Below the pieces are notes generated by a model that did no database searches, was not told where the DNA came from, and saw nothing but the letters and a program-made list of their open reading frames with translations. Shown here piece after piece: positions 24,449 through 32,906 of a DNA stretch of 64,000 bases. The position numbers and the translations under genes are program-made. The DNA comes from Candidatus Latescibacterota bacterium. GTDB taxonomy: Bacteria; Latescibacterota; UBA2968; UBA8231. Numbering within the stretch: position 1 is the first letter of the stretch; each line of letters begins with the position of its first letter. The stretch covers positions 3,584,001-3,648,000 of the forward strand of contig OZ252098.1 of the NCBI GenBank assembly GCA_965248355.1, written 5' to 3'.

Positions 24449-26199
24449 GCGGGAACCTCCCCCGGGTTGTGCACCCGCAGCGTGCGCAGGCGGTTGAGGG
24501 CGGCGGCCAGCTCGAAGCGGCGGAAGCCGGCCAGGTCGCCCGAGGGCCGGCAGGACAGGGCGTCGAGCCCGCCGGCGGCGACGTCGGCCATGAGCCGGTC
24601 GAGGATCTCGGCCAGGCTGCGGCGGCCGTCGATGTAGCGCTCCCGCCCGCGAAGGATGGCCTCGGCGATGGCCCGCGTCTGGCCGGCGTCGACCAGCTGC
24701 GCCACGGCGGACAGGTCGATGCTCTCCTCCCCGAAGCGCAGCTCGAAGGGCCCTCTCGCCTTCCAGCTGACCTCGCGGCGCCCGCGCCTCGGGTCGATGC
24801 TGTCCGGCAGGGGCACTCGGGAGGGGCCCCCGGCCACCGGGCCCGTCGTCTCCCGGGTGCGGTCCCCCTCGTGGGCGCGGGCGATGGCGTGGGCCCGGAC
24901 CGTCACGTCCACAGGCTGATAGCGCTCCATGGCGATCACCGTGTCGGCGACGCCGAAGTAGTCGCCGCTGCCGCCCATGACCAGGACCGTGGAGACCCCG
25001 GCCTCCTCGTAGAGCTGGCGCACGCGGTCGATGTAGGGCCGCACCGGCTCCTGCTCCCGGGCCACGAGCTGCTGCATGCGGCCGTCGCGGATCATGAAGT
25101 TGGTCGCCGCCGTGTCCTCGTCGATCAGCAGACACCGGGTCCCCGCTTCCAGGGCCTCGACGATGGCCGCCGCCTGGGACGTCGAGCCCGAGGCGTGGCC
25201 GGTGCAGAAGAAGGAGTTGTCGTGCTCGAAGGGAAGCTCGCCGATGAAGGGGCTCAGGTCGACGCCGGCGGTGCTGCGGCCGTCCTCGGCGCGCACGGCT
25301 ACCGCGGTCGGATCGGTGACCACGCGCTCGCGGCCGTCGTGGGGACGGTGGTCGTAGACGCCGCGGGCCAGGGCCGACAGCAGCGTCGACTTGCCGTGGA
25401 ACCCGCCCCCGACGATCAGGGTCACGCCCTCCGGCACGGCCATGCCGGACACCGGACCGGCGTTGGGCGTGGGCAGCTCCACCCGCAGCGACGAAGGCGA
25501 GCGGAAGGGGACGGCGCCGCCCAGCGGCCGGTCGTCGACCCCGGACCGGCGGGGCAGCACGGCCCCGTCGGCGACGAAGCCGACCCAGCCGCCCCCGGCC
25601 AGGGCCGAGCGCAGGGCGGCGGCGTCCTCGGCGGTGCGCGTCCATTCGTCGATCTCGCGCCCGTCGCAACTCTCATGGCGCAGGGCCCGGGCGACGATCC
25701 CGGGGAGGCGGCGGCAGAGCAGGTCGGCGGCGGCCCTTCCCAGGACTCGGCGTCCAGCCGCCGGCAGCCCGACGACGAAACGGGCCTCCACCGAGCCCTC
25801 GTCGTCGACGAGGACACAGGTCCGCTCCAGCAGCTGCTGCCCCGGGCGGTCGATGGCGATCAGGCCCGAGGTGCCCGAGCCGGAGCCTCCCCGGGTCTCT
25901 CCAGCCTCATCGGCGAAGCGCAGCGCCAGGTACGAGCACAAGGCCCGCCGCCGGGGTTCCGGGGCGAAGGTGTGACCGGGGAAGCCGGCGGCGGACCGGT
26001 CGACCTGGACGCGCATCCGGCTCGGGGCGGCAAAGGGATCGGCCTGGACGTGATCGACGCACAGACGGAAGGGGATTTCCGTCTCGTCGAAGTCCCAGAC
26101 GCCGTGAAGCTCGCGGTAGGCCCGGTAGCCGCGGCCGTCGATGCGCTCGAGGAGGGGGCCCAGACGTCCGGCGTCACGCGTATCGCACTCGGAAGACAC
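24445..26199 (-). CDS. Predicted ATPase of the ABC class (COG3044/PF09818-like)
   Basis: DHVQADPFAAPS, GGGFHGKSTLL, RAEDGR, ASGSTSQAA, LLIDEDTAATNFMIRD, ELAAALNRLR. Confidence 0.9.
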   Translation of the reverse strand: MSSECDTRDAGRLGPLLERIDGRGYRAYRELHGVWDFDETEIPFRLCVDHVQADPFAAPSRMRVQVDRSAAGFPGHTFAPEPRRRALCSYLALRFADEAGETRGGSGSGTSGLIAIDRPGQQLLERTCVLVDDEGSVEARFVVGLPAAGRRVLGRAAADLLCRRLPGIVARALRHESCDGREIDEWTRTAEDAAALRSALAGGGWVGFVADGAVLPRRSGVDDRPLGGAVPFRSPSSLRVELPTPNAGPVSGMAVPEGVTLIVGGGFHGKSTLLSALARGVYDHRPHDGRERVVTDPTAVAVRAEDGRSTAGVDLSPFIGELPFEHDNSFFCTGHASGSTSQAAAIVEALEAGTRCLLIDEDTAATNFMIRDGRMQQLVAREQEPVRPYIDRVRQLYEEAGVSTVLVMGGSGDYFGVADTVIAMERYQPVDVTVRAHAIARAHEGDRTRETTGPVAGGPSRVPLPDSIDPRRGRREVSWKARGPFELRFGEESIDLSAVAQLVDAGQTRAIAEAILRGRERYIDGRRSLAEILDRLMADVAAGGLDALSCRPSGDLAGFRRFELAAALNRLRTLRVHNPGEVPA

Positions 26200-26214
26200 G
26201 GTTATATTCTACCC
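26200..26214. promoter_or_regulatory. Putative bidirectional leaderless promoter
   Basis: + strand TATATT(26203-26208)-N6-ATG; - strand TAGAAT(26211-26206)-N6-GTG. Confidence 0.65.
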
Positions 26215-26880
26215 ATGGCGGACGACGACGGCAGGGACAGTGAGAAGCTCAGCGGTCTGCAGTGGCTGTCGCGGGAGCGCCCCGAGGCCATGGGCCACCT
26301 GCTCGCCTTCTTCCGCGAGTCCGGACGCCACCTCGACCCCAAGACCCGCTTCCTCATCTCCATAGTCACCAAGGTCGTGCGCCTGTCGCCGCGCGGGCTG
26401 CGCCAGTACATCCCGCGGGCCATGCGCGAGGGCGCCACCCGCGACGAGGTGCTCGACGCCATCCTCTGCGCCTACCCCGCGGCGGGGCTCACGAACGTGC
26501 TCGAGGCCGTGCAGGTGCTGCGCTCCCTCGACCTGCCTCCCGGCCCCGACGACAAGGCGGCCGAGCCCGAGGGCGATCCCGAGTGGACGACCGTTGCCCG
26601 GGCCGGCGATCTGCTGCCCGGCAGCGCCTCCGTCGTCGAGGCCCGGGGCCGCTCCCTGGCCCTGTTCAACGTGGACGGCGCCTTCCACGCCACCTCCAAC
26701 ACCTGCCTGCACGAAGGAAGCGAGCTGGGCTGCGGCTCTCTCGAAGGCCGCGTCGTCACCTGCTACCGCCACGGCTGGACCTTCGACGTCACCAGCGGCG
26801 CCTGCCTCACCCGCCCCGGACGGAGCGTGGCCAGCTACCCGGTGCGCGTCGAGGACGGCGAGGTGCGCGTCCTGGCCTGA
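26215..26880 (+). CDS. Carboxymuconolactone decarboxylase/AhpD-like domain fused to Rieske [2Fe-2S] ferredoxin
   Basis: LDPKTRFLISI..RAMREGATRDEVLDAI..AAG (CMD fold); CLHEG..VTCYRHGWTFD (Rieske CxH..CxxH). Confidence 0.85.
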   Translation: MADDDGRDSEKLSGLQWLSRERPEAMGHLLAFFRESGRHLDPKTRFLISIVTKVVRLSPRGLRQYIPRAMREGATRDEVLDAILCAYPAAGLTNVLEAVQVLRSLDLPPGPDDKAAEPEGDPEWTTVARAGDLLPGSASVVEARGRSLALFNVDGAFHATSNTCLHEGSELGCGSLEGRVVTCYRHGWTFDVTSGACLTRPGRSVASYPVRVEDGEVRVLA

Positions 26881-26918
26881 GGCTGCCCCGGCGGAGCCCC
26901 GCCGCGCCCGGCGCCCCG

Positions 26919-27587
26919 TTACGCCGCGAAACAACCCGGATCGATCCGCCCGGTGCGGGCCCAGCCCCGGATGGCGGCGAGGCTGCGCCGGAAGGTGTCC
27001 AGGATCTCGTCCGGATAGCCGGTCACCGCGGACCTCGGCAGCTCCTGCTCGACGATCCGCCCGTCCGAGCTCCCCCCGGCGAAGCGGACCCGCCCTCGCA
27101 GGCTCGCCCGCCGCCCGAGGATCAGCTCCGAGAACTCCTCCAGATCGACCTCGGCCAGTCCGTCCACCTCGTCGCTGAACCGCAGCCGCGACAGGTCCAG
27201 GGGCACCGGGTAGAGCAGGAGGTGCTGCAGGATGCTGCGGCAATCGCCGGTGGGCCGCTCCTTGCGGCTCGACCCCAGGTACAGGAGATCGGCGGCGGCG
27301 GCCGTCACCCCCACCTCTTCCAGCAGCTCCCGGCGACCGGCGTCCACGGCGGTCTCGCCGGCGAGGATGTGCCCCCCCGCGAGGGCGTCGACCTGGCCGG
27401 CGTAGGGGTCGCCCGGGCGTCCCCGGCGTTGCAGGACCATCACCGGCCGCTCCCCGGAGACGAAGGCGGACCACACGAAGACGAGCCCGTGCAGGTCGTG
27501 GTCCCGGTGCACGAGGTGGCGCGGCTTCCGGCCCACGACGCGGCCGTCCTCGGCCAGCACGTCGAGCAGCTCGGGGGCGGTGCTCAA
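26919..27587 (-). CDS. NUDIX hydrolase
   Basis: GGHILAGETAVDAGRRELLEEVGV Nudix box; TTGA overlap with the rhomboid gene. Confidence 0.85.
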   Translation of the reverse strand: MSTAPELLDVLAEDGRVVGRKPRHLVHRDHDLHGLVFVWSAFVSGERPVMVLQRRGRPGDPYAGQVDALAGGHILAGETAVDAGRRELLEEVGVTAAAADLLYLGSSRKERPTGDCRSILQHLLLYPVPLDLSRLRFSDEVDGLAEVDLEEFSELILGRRASLRGRVRFAGGSSDGRIVEQELPRSAVTGYPDEILDTFRRSLAAIRGWARTGRIDPGCFAA

Positions 27588-28387
27588 GAGATGGCGGCGA
27601 GGAACTGGAAGAGGAAGGCGAGTACCGTGGCCACGGCGCAGAGCCCGGCCAGGACGTAGGTGCCGATGCCCTCGCGCTCGTCCGGCGAGCGGCTGAACAT
27701 CCAGGCCGCGGCATAACCGCCGGCGAAGCCGCCGCCGTGGGCCCAGTTGTCGATGTTCGGCATGAGCAGGCCGAAGATGAAGAGGAGCACCGCCCACTGC
27801 AGGTACTGGCGGGTGAACATGCCGGCGCCCCGGCGGCGGCCGTAGGCGATGGCGGCGGCCAGGAGGCCGAAGATCGACCCCGAGGCCCCCAGGGTGGCGG
27901 CGCTGCCCATGGCCACGGAGGCGATGAACCCCGCCACGCCCGAGATGGTGAAGATGACGAACAGCCGCCACGGGCCGAAGAGCTCGCTCACCAGCGGCCC
28001 GAGCTGGCGCACCCACATGAGGTTGAAGAAGATGTGGAGCAGGCTGCCGTGCAGGTAGATGGCGGTGATCACCGTCCACCAGCGGCCGAGGAGAAGCACC
28101 GCGTAGCCGCCTGTCATGCCCGCCTCCAGGCTGGCCCTCGACGATGGCGCCAGGATGCTCATCAACCCCCGCGGTTGCAGGACGGCGCCCGGGTCCAGGG
28201 CCAGGCACAACACGTACAGGCCCACGCAGACCATGGTGATCACCTGGGGGAAGTCGAGGCTCAGGCCGAGCTGCCGCATGCGGCTGGCCAGCCCGAACAT
28301 GCCGGGCCGGATCTGCCCGCAGTAGGGACAGCGAGCCTCGTCGGCGCTGATCAGCTTGTGACAGCGGGGGCACAGGATGGCGGCCAT
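27584..28387 (-). CDS. Rhomboid intramembrane serine protease with N-terminal zinc ribbon
   Basis: CPRC..CPYC; HGSLLHIFFNL, GASG, AHGGG. Confidence 0.92.
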   Translation of the reverse strand: MAAILCPRCHKLISADEARCPYCGQIRPGMFGLASRMRQLGLSLDFPQVITMVCVGLYVLCLALDPGAVLQPRGLMSILAPSSRASLEAGMTGGYAVLLLGRWWTVITAIYLHGSLLHIFFNLMWVRQLGPLVSELFGPWRLFVIFTISGVAGFIASVAMGSAATLGASGSIFGLLAAAIAYGRRRGAGMFTRQYLQWAVLLFIFGLLMPNIDNWAHGGGFAGGYAAAWMFSRSPDEREGIGTYVLAGLCAVATVLAFLFQFLAAIS

Positions 28388-29664
28388 CAGATTCCGAGAC
28401 TCTCGTTGATATCGGCCTGGTACTCGTGCAGCCGGTCCTGCAGGACCTCGTCCACCGAGACCGCCCGCCCCGCCGCCTGCGACTCCATCCAGGCGTAGGC
28501 CAGGGCCACCGAGCGAGCCCCCTGCCCGCCGTCGACCTCCGGACGGCCGGGCTCGCCGGCGATGGCGGCGCCGAAGTCGGCGTACTCCACGGCGATGATC
28601 TTGCGGTCGATCACCGCGAACTCGAAGCCGTACTCGCCCAGCCGGTCGCCGCCGAAGAGGACCGCCGTGGGCTCGTCGAGGCGGAACTCGGGCACCAGGT
28701 CGAGCAACGGGGCGCCGCTCACCGGGTCCTGCCCCGGAAGGTGCAGGGTGAGGGGCCGGCCGCTGCGGTCTCCCGGCAGGTCCAGGGAGCCGAGAGCGCC
28801 GTAGATCGCCCGCTTCCGCATCTCCTCGCCGCGGCCGGCGTGGTCCTCGATGTACGAGGCCACCGCGCCGGAGAGGAACCCGATCGTCGCATAGGCGGCG
28901 TCATCGGCCGTGGCCTCGAACTCGGCGGGCATCTCCCTCTGCCAGCGCCCGTACACGCCGGCGGGCCCACCATCGCCGGAGGAATCCCTGCCGGCGGCCG
29001 GGTTCCTGCGCACTCTCTCGTGCAGCCGCGTCTGGGCGTACACGGTGGCCGCCGGACCCAGGTAGTACTCGAGGATGTCGGCGAAGTGGACGCCCACGTC
29101 CAGCAGCACGCCGCTGGCGTCCTTGCGGTGACGCCAGACCGAGATCAGCATGCGGTCGCCGCCCCCGAGGGAGTGCTGCACCATGAGCCGGGGCTCGCCG
29201 ATGACGCCGGCGTCGAGCAGCGCCTTGCCGAGGCGGTTCATCGGGTCGCGGCGGTAGTTCTCGGCCGTGGACAGGACCCGCCCCGACGCCTCCGAGGCGT
29301 CGAGCATGAGCCGGCAGGCGCGCGCCGTCAGCCCCAGGGGCTTCTCGCACATGACGTGCCACCCCCGGTCGAGGGCCTCCACGGCCACGGTGTGGTGGGC
29401 CCGCGGGGTCGTCGTCAGGTCGATGGCATGGACCTCGGCGGCGGCGGCCAGGGCCTCCAGCGAGCCGGCTGTCGCCGGGCGCCGGCCGAGCAGCTTCGCG
29501 GCCTGATCGGCCAGGGAGGCGGCGTTGTCCTCCTCCGGATCGCAGGCCCCCACCAGCTCGAAGGGGGACAGACCGGCGCGGGCCAGCTCGGCGAGTCCGT
29601 AGAGGTGCCGGTGGCCCATGCCGCCGCAGCCGACGATGGCGAGATGGATTCGGGAGTCGGACAT
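28387..29664 (-). CDS. Gfo/Idh/MocA family oxidoreductase
   Basis: IVGCGGMG, HVMCEKPL, LLDVGVHFAD. Confidence 0.93.
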   Translation of the reverse strand: MSDSRIHLAIVGCGGMGHRHLYGLAELARAGLSPFELVGACDPEEDNAASLADQAAKLLGRRPATAGSLEALAAAAEVHAIDLTTTPRAHHTVAVEALDRGWHVMCEKPLGLTARACRLMLDASEASGRVLSTAENYRRDPMNRLGKALLDAGVIGEPRLMVQHSLGGGDRMLISVWRHRKDASGVLLDVGVHFADILEYYLGPAATVYAQTRLHERVRRNPAAGRDSSGDGGPAGVYGRWQREMPAEFEATADDAAYATIGFLSGAVASYIEDHAGRGEEMRKRAIYGALGSLDLPGDRSGRPLTLHLPGQDPVSGAPLLDLVPEFRLDEPTAVLFGGDRLGEYGFEFAVIDRKIIAVEYADFGAAIAGEPGRPEVDGGQGARSVALAYAWMESQAAGRAVSVDEVLQDRLHEYQADINESLGI

Positions 29665-29978
29665 GCTCGATCCGGGAATAGAGAAACAGCCCTGCTCACC
29701 GGGTGGGTGAGAAGGGCTGCCGACCTGCGCGTCTCAATATAGGCGGCCGGGATGGTTCCCTCCACCCGAGGGCCGCGGGCGCCGCGGCCATCCCGGGAAC
29801 CGCTGGGCGACCTCCGGGCGTGGCCCCCTTTGCGGCCACGTCGAGGACCCGAAAGCTGCGCGGTTTTGCCTATACTCTATCGACCCGACCGCTGGCACAT
29901 CCCGAACACTTCGACCCGCCCCAGGTCTTTCACGTGGGGCACGTCTGAGGCTCCGCCATGGCCCTCGCCCCCGGCCAC

Positions 29979-32906
29979 ATGCCTGATCTGACGCTCCTGG
30001 TCGGGGGTCCCGGCAGCGGAAAGACAGACCAGGTCATCTCGAGGCTGTCTGCGCGCTACGAGGCCGACCCGTTCTCGGAAGCGATCGTGCTGGTGCCGAC
30101 GGTACGCCACGGAGACCAGTTTCGCCGCCGTCTGGTCGGTCGATGCGGGGTGGCTCTGCGCCTGCGTGTCGAGACCATTGCCCAGTTCAGCCGGACGCTG
30201 GCCTCCAATGCGAGGGTCCCGTCCCACTCCTTGTCCGAGGAACTCCTGCAACGAACCATACGCCTCGGCGTCGAGAGTGGGTCTGCCGCCTACTTCAAGC
30301 CTGTTGTCGGGACCAAAGGACTGGGGAACCTCCTTGGCGGCGCCATCGGTGATCTGCTGGCGGAAGGCGTGGATCCCGAGGCCCTGTCGGAAGCCGCCGG
30401 GAGGTCGGGATCACGGAGCCTGGAGGCACTGGGTGCCATCTACAAGGAGTACCGCTTTGCACTCGGACAGGGGAACTGGACTCATCCGATGCAGATCGGC
30501 GCGGCGGCGGCGGATGTCGTCAAGGCAGGTGCGGATCTGCCCGGCACGATCATGCTGGATGGCTTCCATCTCTTTCGGGAGACGGAGATGGACCTGCTCG
30601 AAGCCCTCGCTGAAAGAGTCGCCATTGTTGTCACGCTGGACCCGGGTGCGGGAGTTCGCGCCGGGCACGACTACGAGCGGCTGTGTCGTCGATTCCCGAA
30701 TGCGAAGGTCCTGGAGCTCGAGTGCGATGTTGCATCGCCCACAAACGTGGTGGCAGGCGATGCGGCCGACCGGGAAGGCCAATTGCGTGCGATAGCGCGC
30801 CAGATCAAGCAGCGCCTGACCGATAAGCCGTCGCTTCGCCCGTCCGACTTCGCCGTCGCATTCCGGCAGGTAACGCCGCATCTGGGCCTGGCCCGGCAGG
30901 TTTTCTCCGAGTATGACCTGCCACTCGACCCGGCCGCAGGAGAGCGGCTGAGCGCCCGTCCCCTGGGGGCCTGGCTCCGTCGCCTGATGCACCTGGCCCG
31001 GGACGGCTGGCATCTGCGTGACGTTGTCGCAGTGCTGTCCAGCGGATTCGTCGATCTCGGCCGCTGGGGGCTGTCCCGCAACGATGTCGCCGTCTTTGCC
31101 CGGCGAGCGCGGGAGCACAACCTCTGGGCGGGACTCGACGCTCTTGGCCGTGTCGTGGAGGGTCTGCGCAGTGGCGGGGACGACCCGGAAAAGAGCGACC
31201 GTGCCCGCCAGAGACTGGGCGGGATTGCGTCGGGAATGTCAACCGCCCTCGAGGATCTGCGCGCCCTGCTGGTGCGGTCATCCGGGACGACCGCGGAGCA
31301 TGCGCGACACTTCGACGAGGCGCTGTTCGGCGGTCAGGCCCTGGTGGATCCCCGGTCCAGGGCGCAGCCCGGCGTGGACGTGGAGCTCGATGCCCTGCGA
31401 GGCCAGCTTCAGGACCTGATCCATACACACGAGGTACTGGGAGGCGGGCCCGAGCCCTTCGAGTCATTCATGGCTCGGCTCGAAGCGAAGTTCGACGCTG
31501 CGACGGTGTTGCTGCGCGAGCCCGGCGGCGTCCTCCTCGCGCCGATGCATACCCTCCACGGCCTGCGCTTCGACTTCGTTGCAGTGGGGGGGTTGGTGGA
31601 GGGAGAGTTCCCCGCGCCGCGCGGCTACCACTCGCTTCTCGATAGCGACGCCATGGACGAGCTCAATCGATGGGGGCTCGGGATTCCGCCGGAGGCCCGG
31701 CTGTCCGAAGATGAGTTGTGGGCGTCGGCATCCACCCGTGCGGACCGCACACTCTCACTGTGGAAGACCAGGCTCAACGAGCGAGGCCGTCCCGTGTCGG
31801 CTTCCTACTACTACGGCAAGCTGCAGCCCGGCGAGTGCATCGAGGCGGGGATGTCCATGCCCGAAGAAGCCACCTCGGCGCGCGAGCTGGCGATCGCCTG
31901 CACCTGGCAGTGGCCGAGCCATGGCCGGCTTCGGCCGCGTGGAGAGTCGGCCTGGCCCATCGTGCGCTCCGCGGTCACGGTCGAGCAGCGCCGCCGTTCC
32001 TTCTCGAATGCAGGCCGGTACGAGGGCCGCCTGACCGATGGGTTGGTGCCCGGACTCACGGATGCCGGCGCAACCTGGAGCGCCAGCCGGATCGAGTCCT
32101 ACAAGACCTGCGCGTTCCAGTTCTTCGGCCACTACGCCCTGGGTCTGCGGGAAATCGAGCAGGAGATGGAAGGGGCTGACGCCGCCATTCGAGGCACCGT
32201 CGTTCACGAGATCCTGCAGGACGCCATTGCTCCCCTTGTCGAGCAGGGACGTCCACTGGTTCCCGAGACCCTCCCCGAGGTACTGGAACGTCTCAGGGCC
32301 AAGGGACCGGAGATATGGGTCAGCGCTCCCGCGAAGAGGGGCTTCGGTCGGGCCGCCCTCTGGCGTCTGGATGCAGAGGAGACCCTCGAGAAGATCGAAT
32401 TGCTGTTGGGACGTGAGGCTGATTGGAGCGCGCAGGCGGGCGTGACACGGATCATCGGCGCTGAGAAGAAAGTCGACGTCTCGCTGCCGCTGGACCCGCC
32501 CCTGCGCGTGACAGCAACCATAGATCGACTGGAAGAAGGCGAGGGCAGGGTGGTGATCGTCGACTACAAGTCAGGGCGTCAGATACCACGCTCCCACGCG
32601 GAGGAAGGACGCCGTGTCCAGCTTCAGCTCTATGGGTATGCTGGACGCGATGAGACCCGGGCCGGGAGGGTCATCGCGCGCTACGCCTGGCTCGATCCCA
32701 CGATCCGGGAATGGGAGATCGACTCCTCGCGCGAGGAAGATGCTCTCCTGTTGGAGGAGGTTGTCACGGTCGCCCAGGAAGTGCGCGATGCCGTCGACTC
32801 GGGCGATTTCAGAGTCAACCCCCAGGTGACGCCCTGTCCGAGCTACTGCTCGTTCCGCCACGTCTGCCGGGTAAACGGGTTCAGTCGATGGAAGAGCTGG
32901 GACTGA
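29979..32906 (+). CDS. addB: AddB-like helicase/nuclease subunit (PD-(D/E)XK with Fe-S staple); alternative ATG at 29958
   Basis: GGPGSGKT; WSASRIESYKTCAFQFF; ATIDRLE..IVDYKSG; QLQLY; CPSYCSFRHVC. Confidence 0.8.
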   Translation: MPDLTLLVGGPGSGKTDQVISRLSARYEADPFSEAIVLVPTVRHGDQFRRRLVGRCGVALRLRVETIAQFSRTLASNARVPSHSLSEELLQRTIRLGVESGSAAYFKPVVGTKGLGNLLGGAIGDLLAEGVDPEALSEAAGRSGSRSLEALGAIYKEYRFALGQGNWTHPMQIGAAAADVVKAGADLPGTIMLDGFHLFRETEMDLLEALAERVAIVVTLDPGAGVRAGHDYERLCRRFPNAKVLELECDVASPTNVVAGDAADREGQLRAIARQIKQRLTDKPSLRPSDFAVAFRQVTPHLGLARQVFSEYDLPLDPAAGERLSARPLGAWLRRLMHLARDGWHLRDVVAVLSSGFVDLGRWGLSRNDVAVFARRAREHNLWAGLDALGRVVEGLRSGGDDPEKSDRARQRLGGIASGMSTALEDLRALLVRSSGTTAEHARHFDEALFGGQALVDPRSRAQPGVDVELDALRGQLQDLIHTHEVLGGGPEPFESFMARLEAKFDAATVLLREPGGVLLAPMHTLHGLRFDFVAVGGLVEGEFPAPRGYHSLLDSDAMDELNRWGLGIPPEARLSEDELWASASTRADRTLSLWKTRLNERGRPVSASYYYGKLQPGECIEAGMSMPEEATSARELAIACTWQWPSHGRLRPRGESAWPIVRSAVTVEQRRRSFSNAGRYEGRLTDGLVPGLTDAGATWSASRIESYKTCAFQFFGHYALGLREIEQEMEGADAAIRGTVVHEILQDAIAPLVEQGRPLVPETLPEVLERLRAKGPEIWVSAPAKRGFGRAALWRLDAEETLEKIELLLGREADWSAQAGVTRIIGAEKKVDVSLPLDPPLRVTATIDRLEEGEGRVVIVDYKSGRQIPRSHAEEGRRVQLQLYGYAGRDETRAGRVIARYAWLDPTIREWEIDSSREEDALLLEEVVTVAQEVRDAVDSGDFRVNPQVTPCPSYCSFRHVCRVNGFSRWKSWD

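Noticed and set aside
24469..26214. 803-aa ORF suggesting a large Rieske fusion
   Set aside because: The upstream part is antisense to the ABC-class ATPase; the coding part starts at 26215
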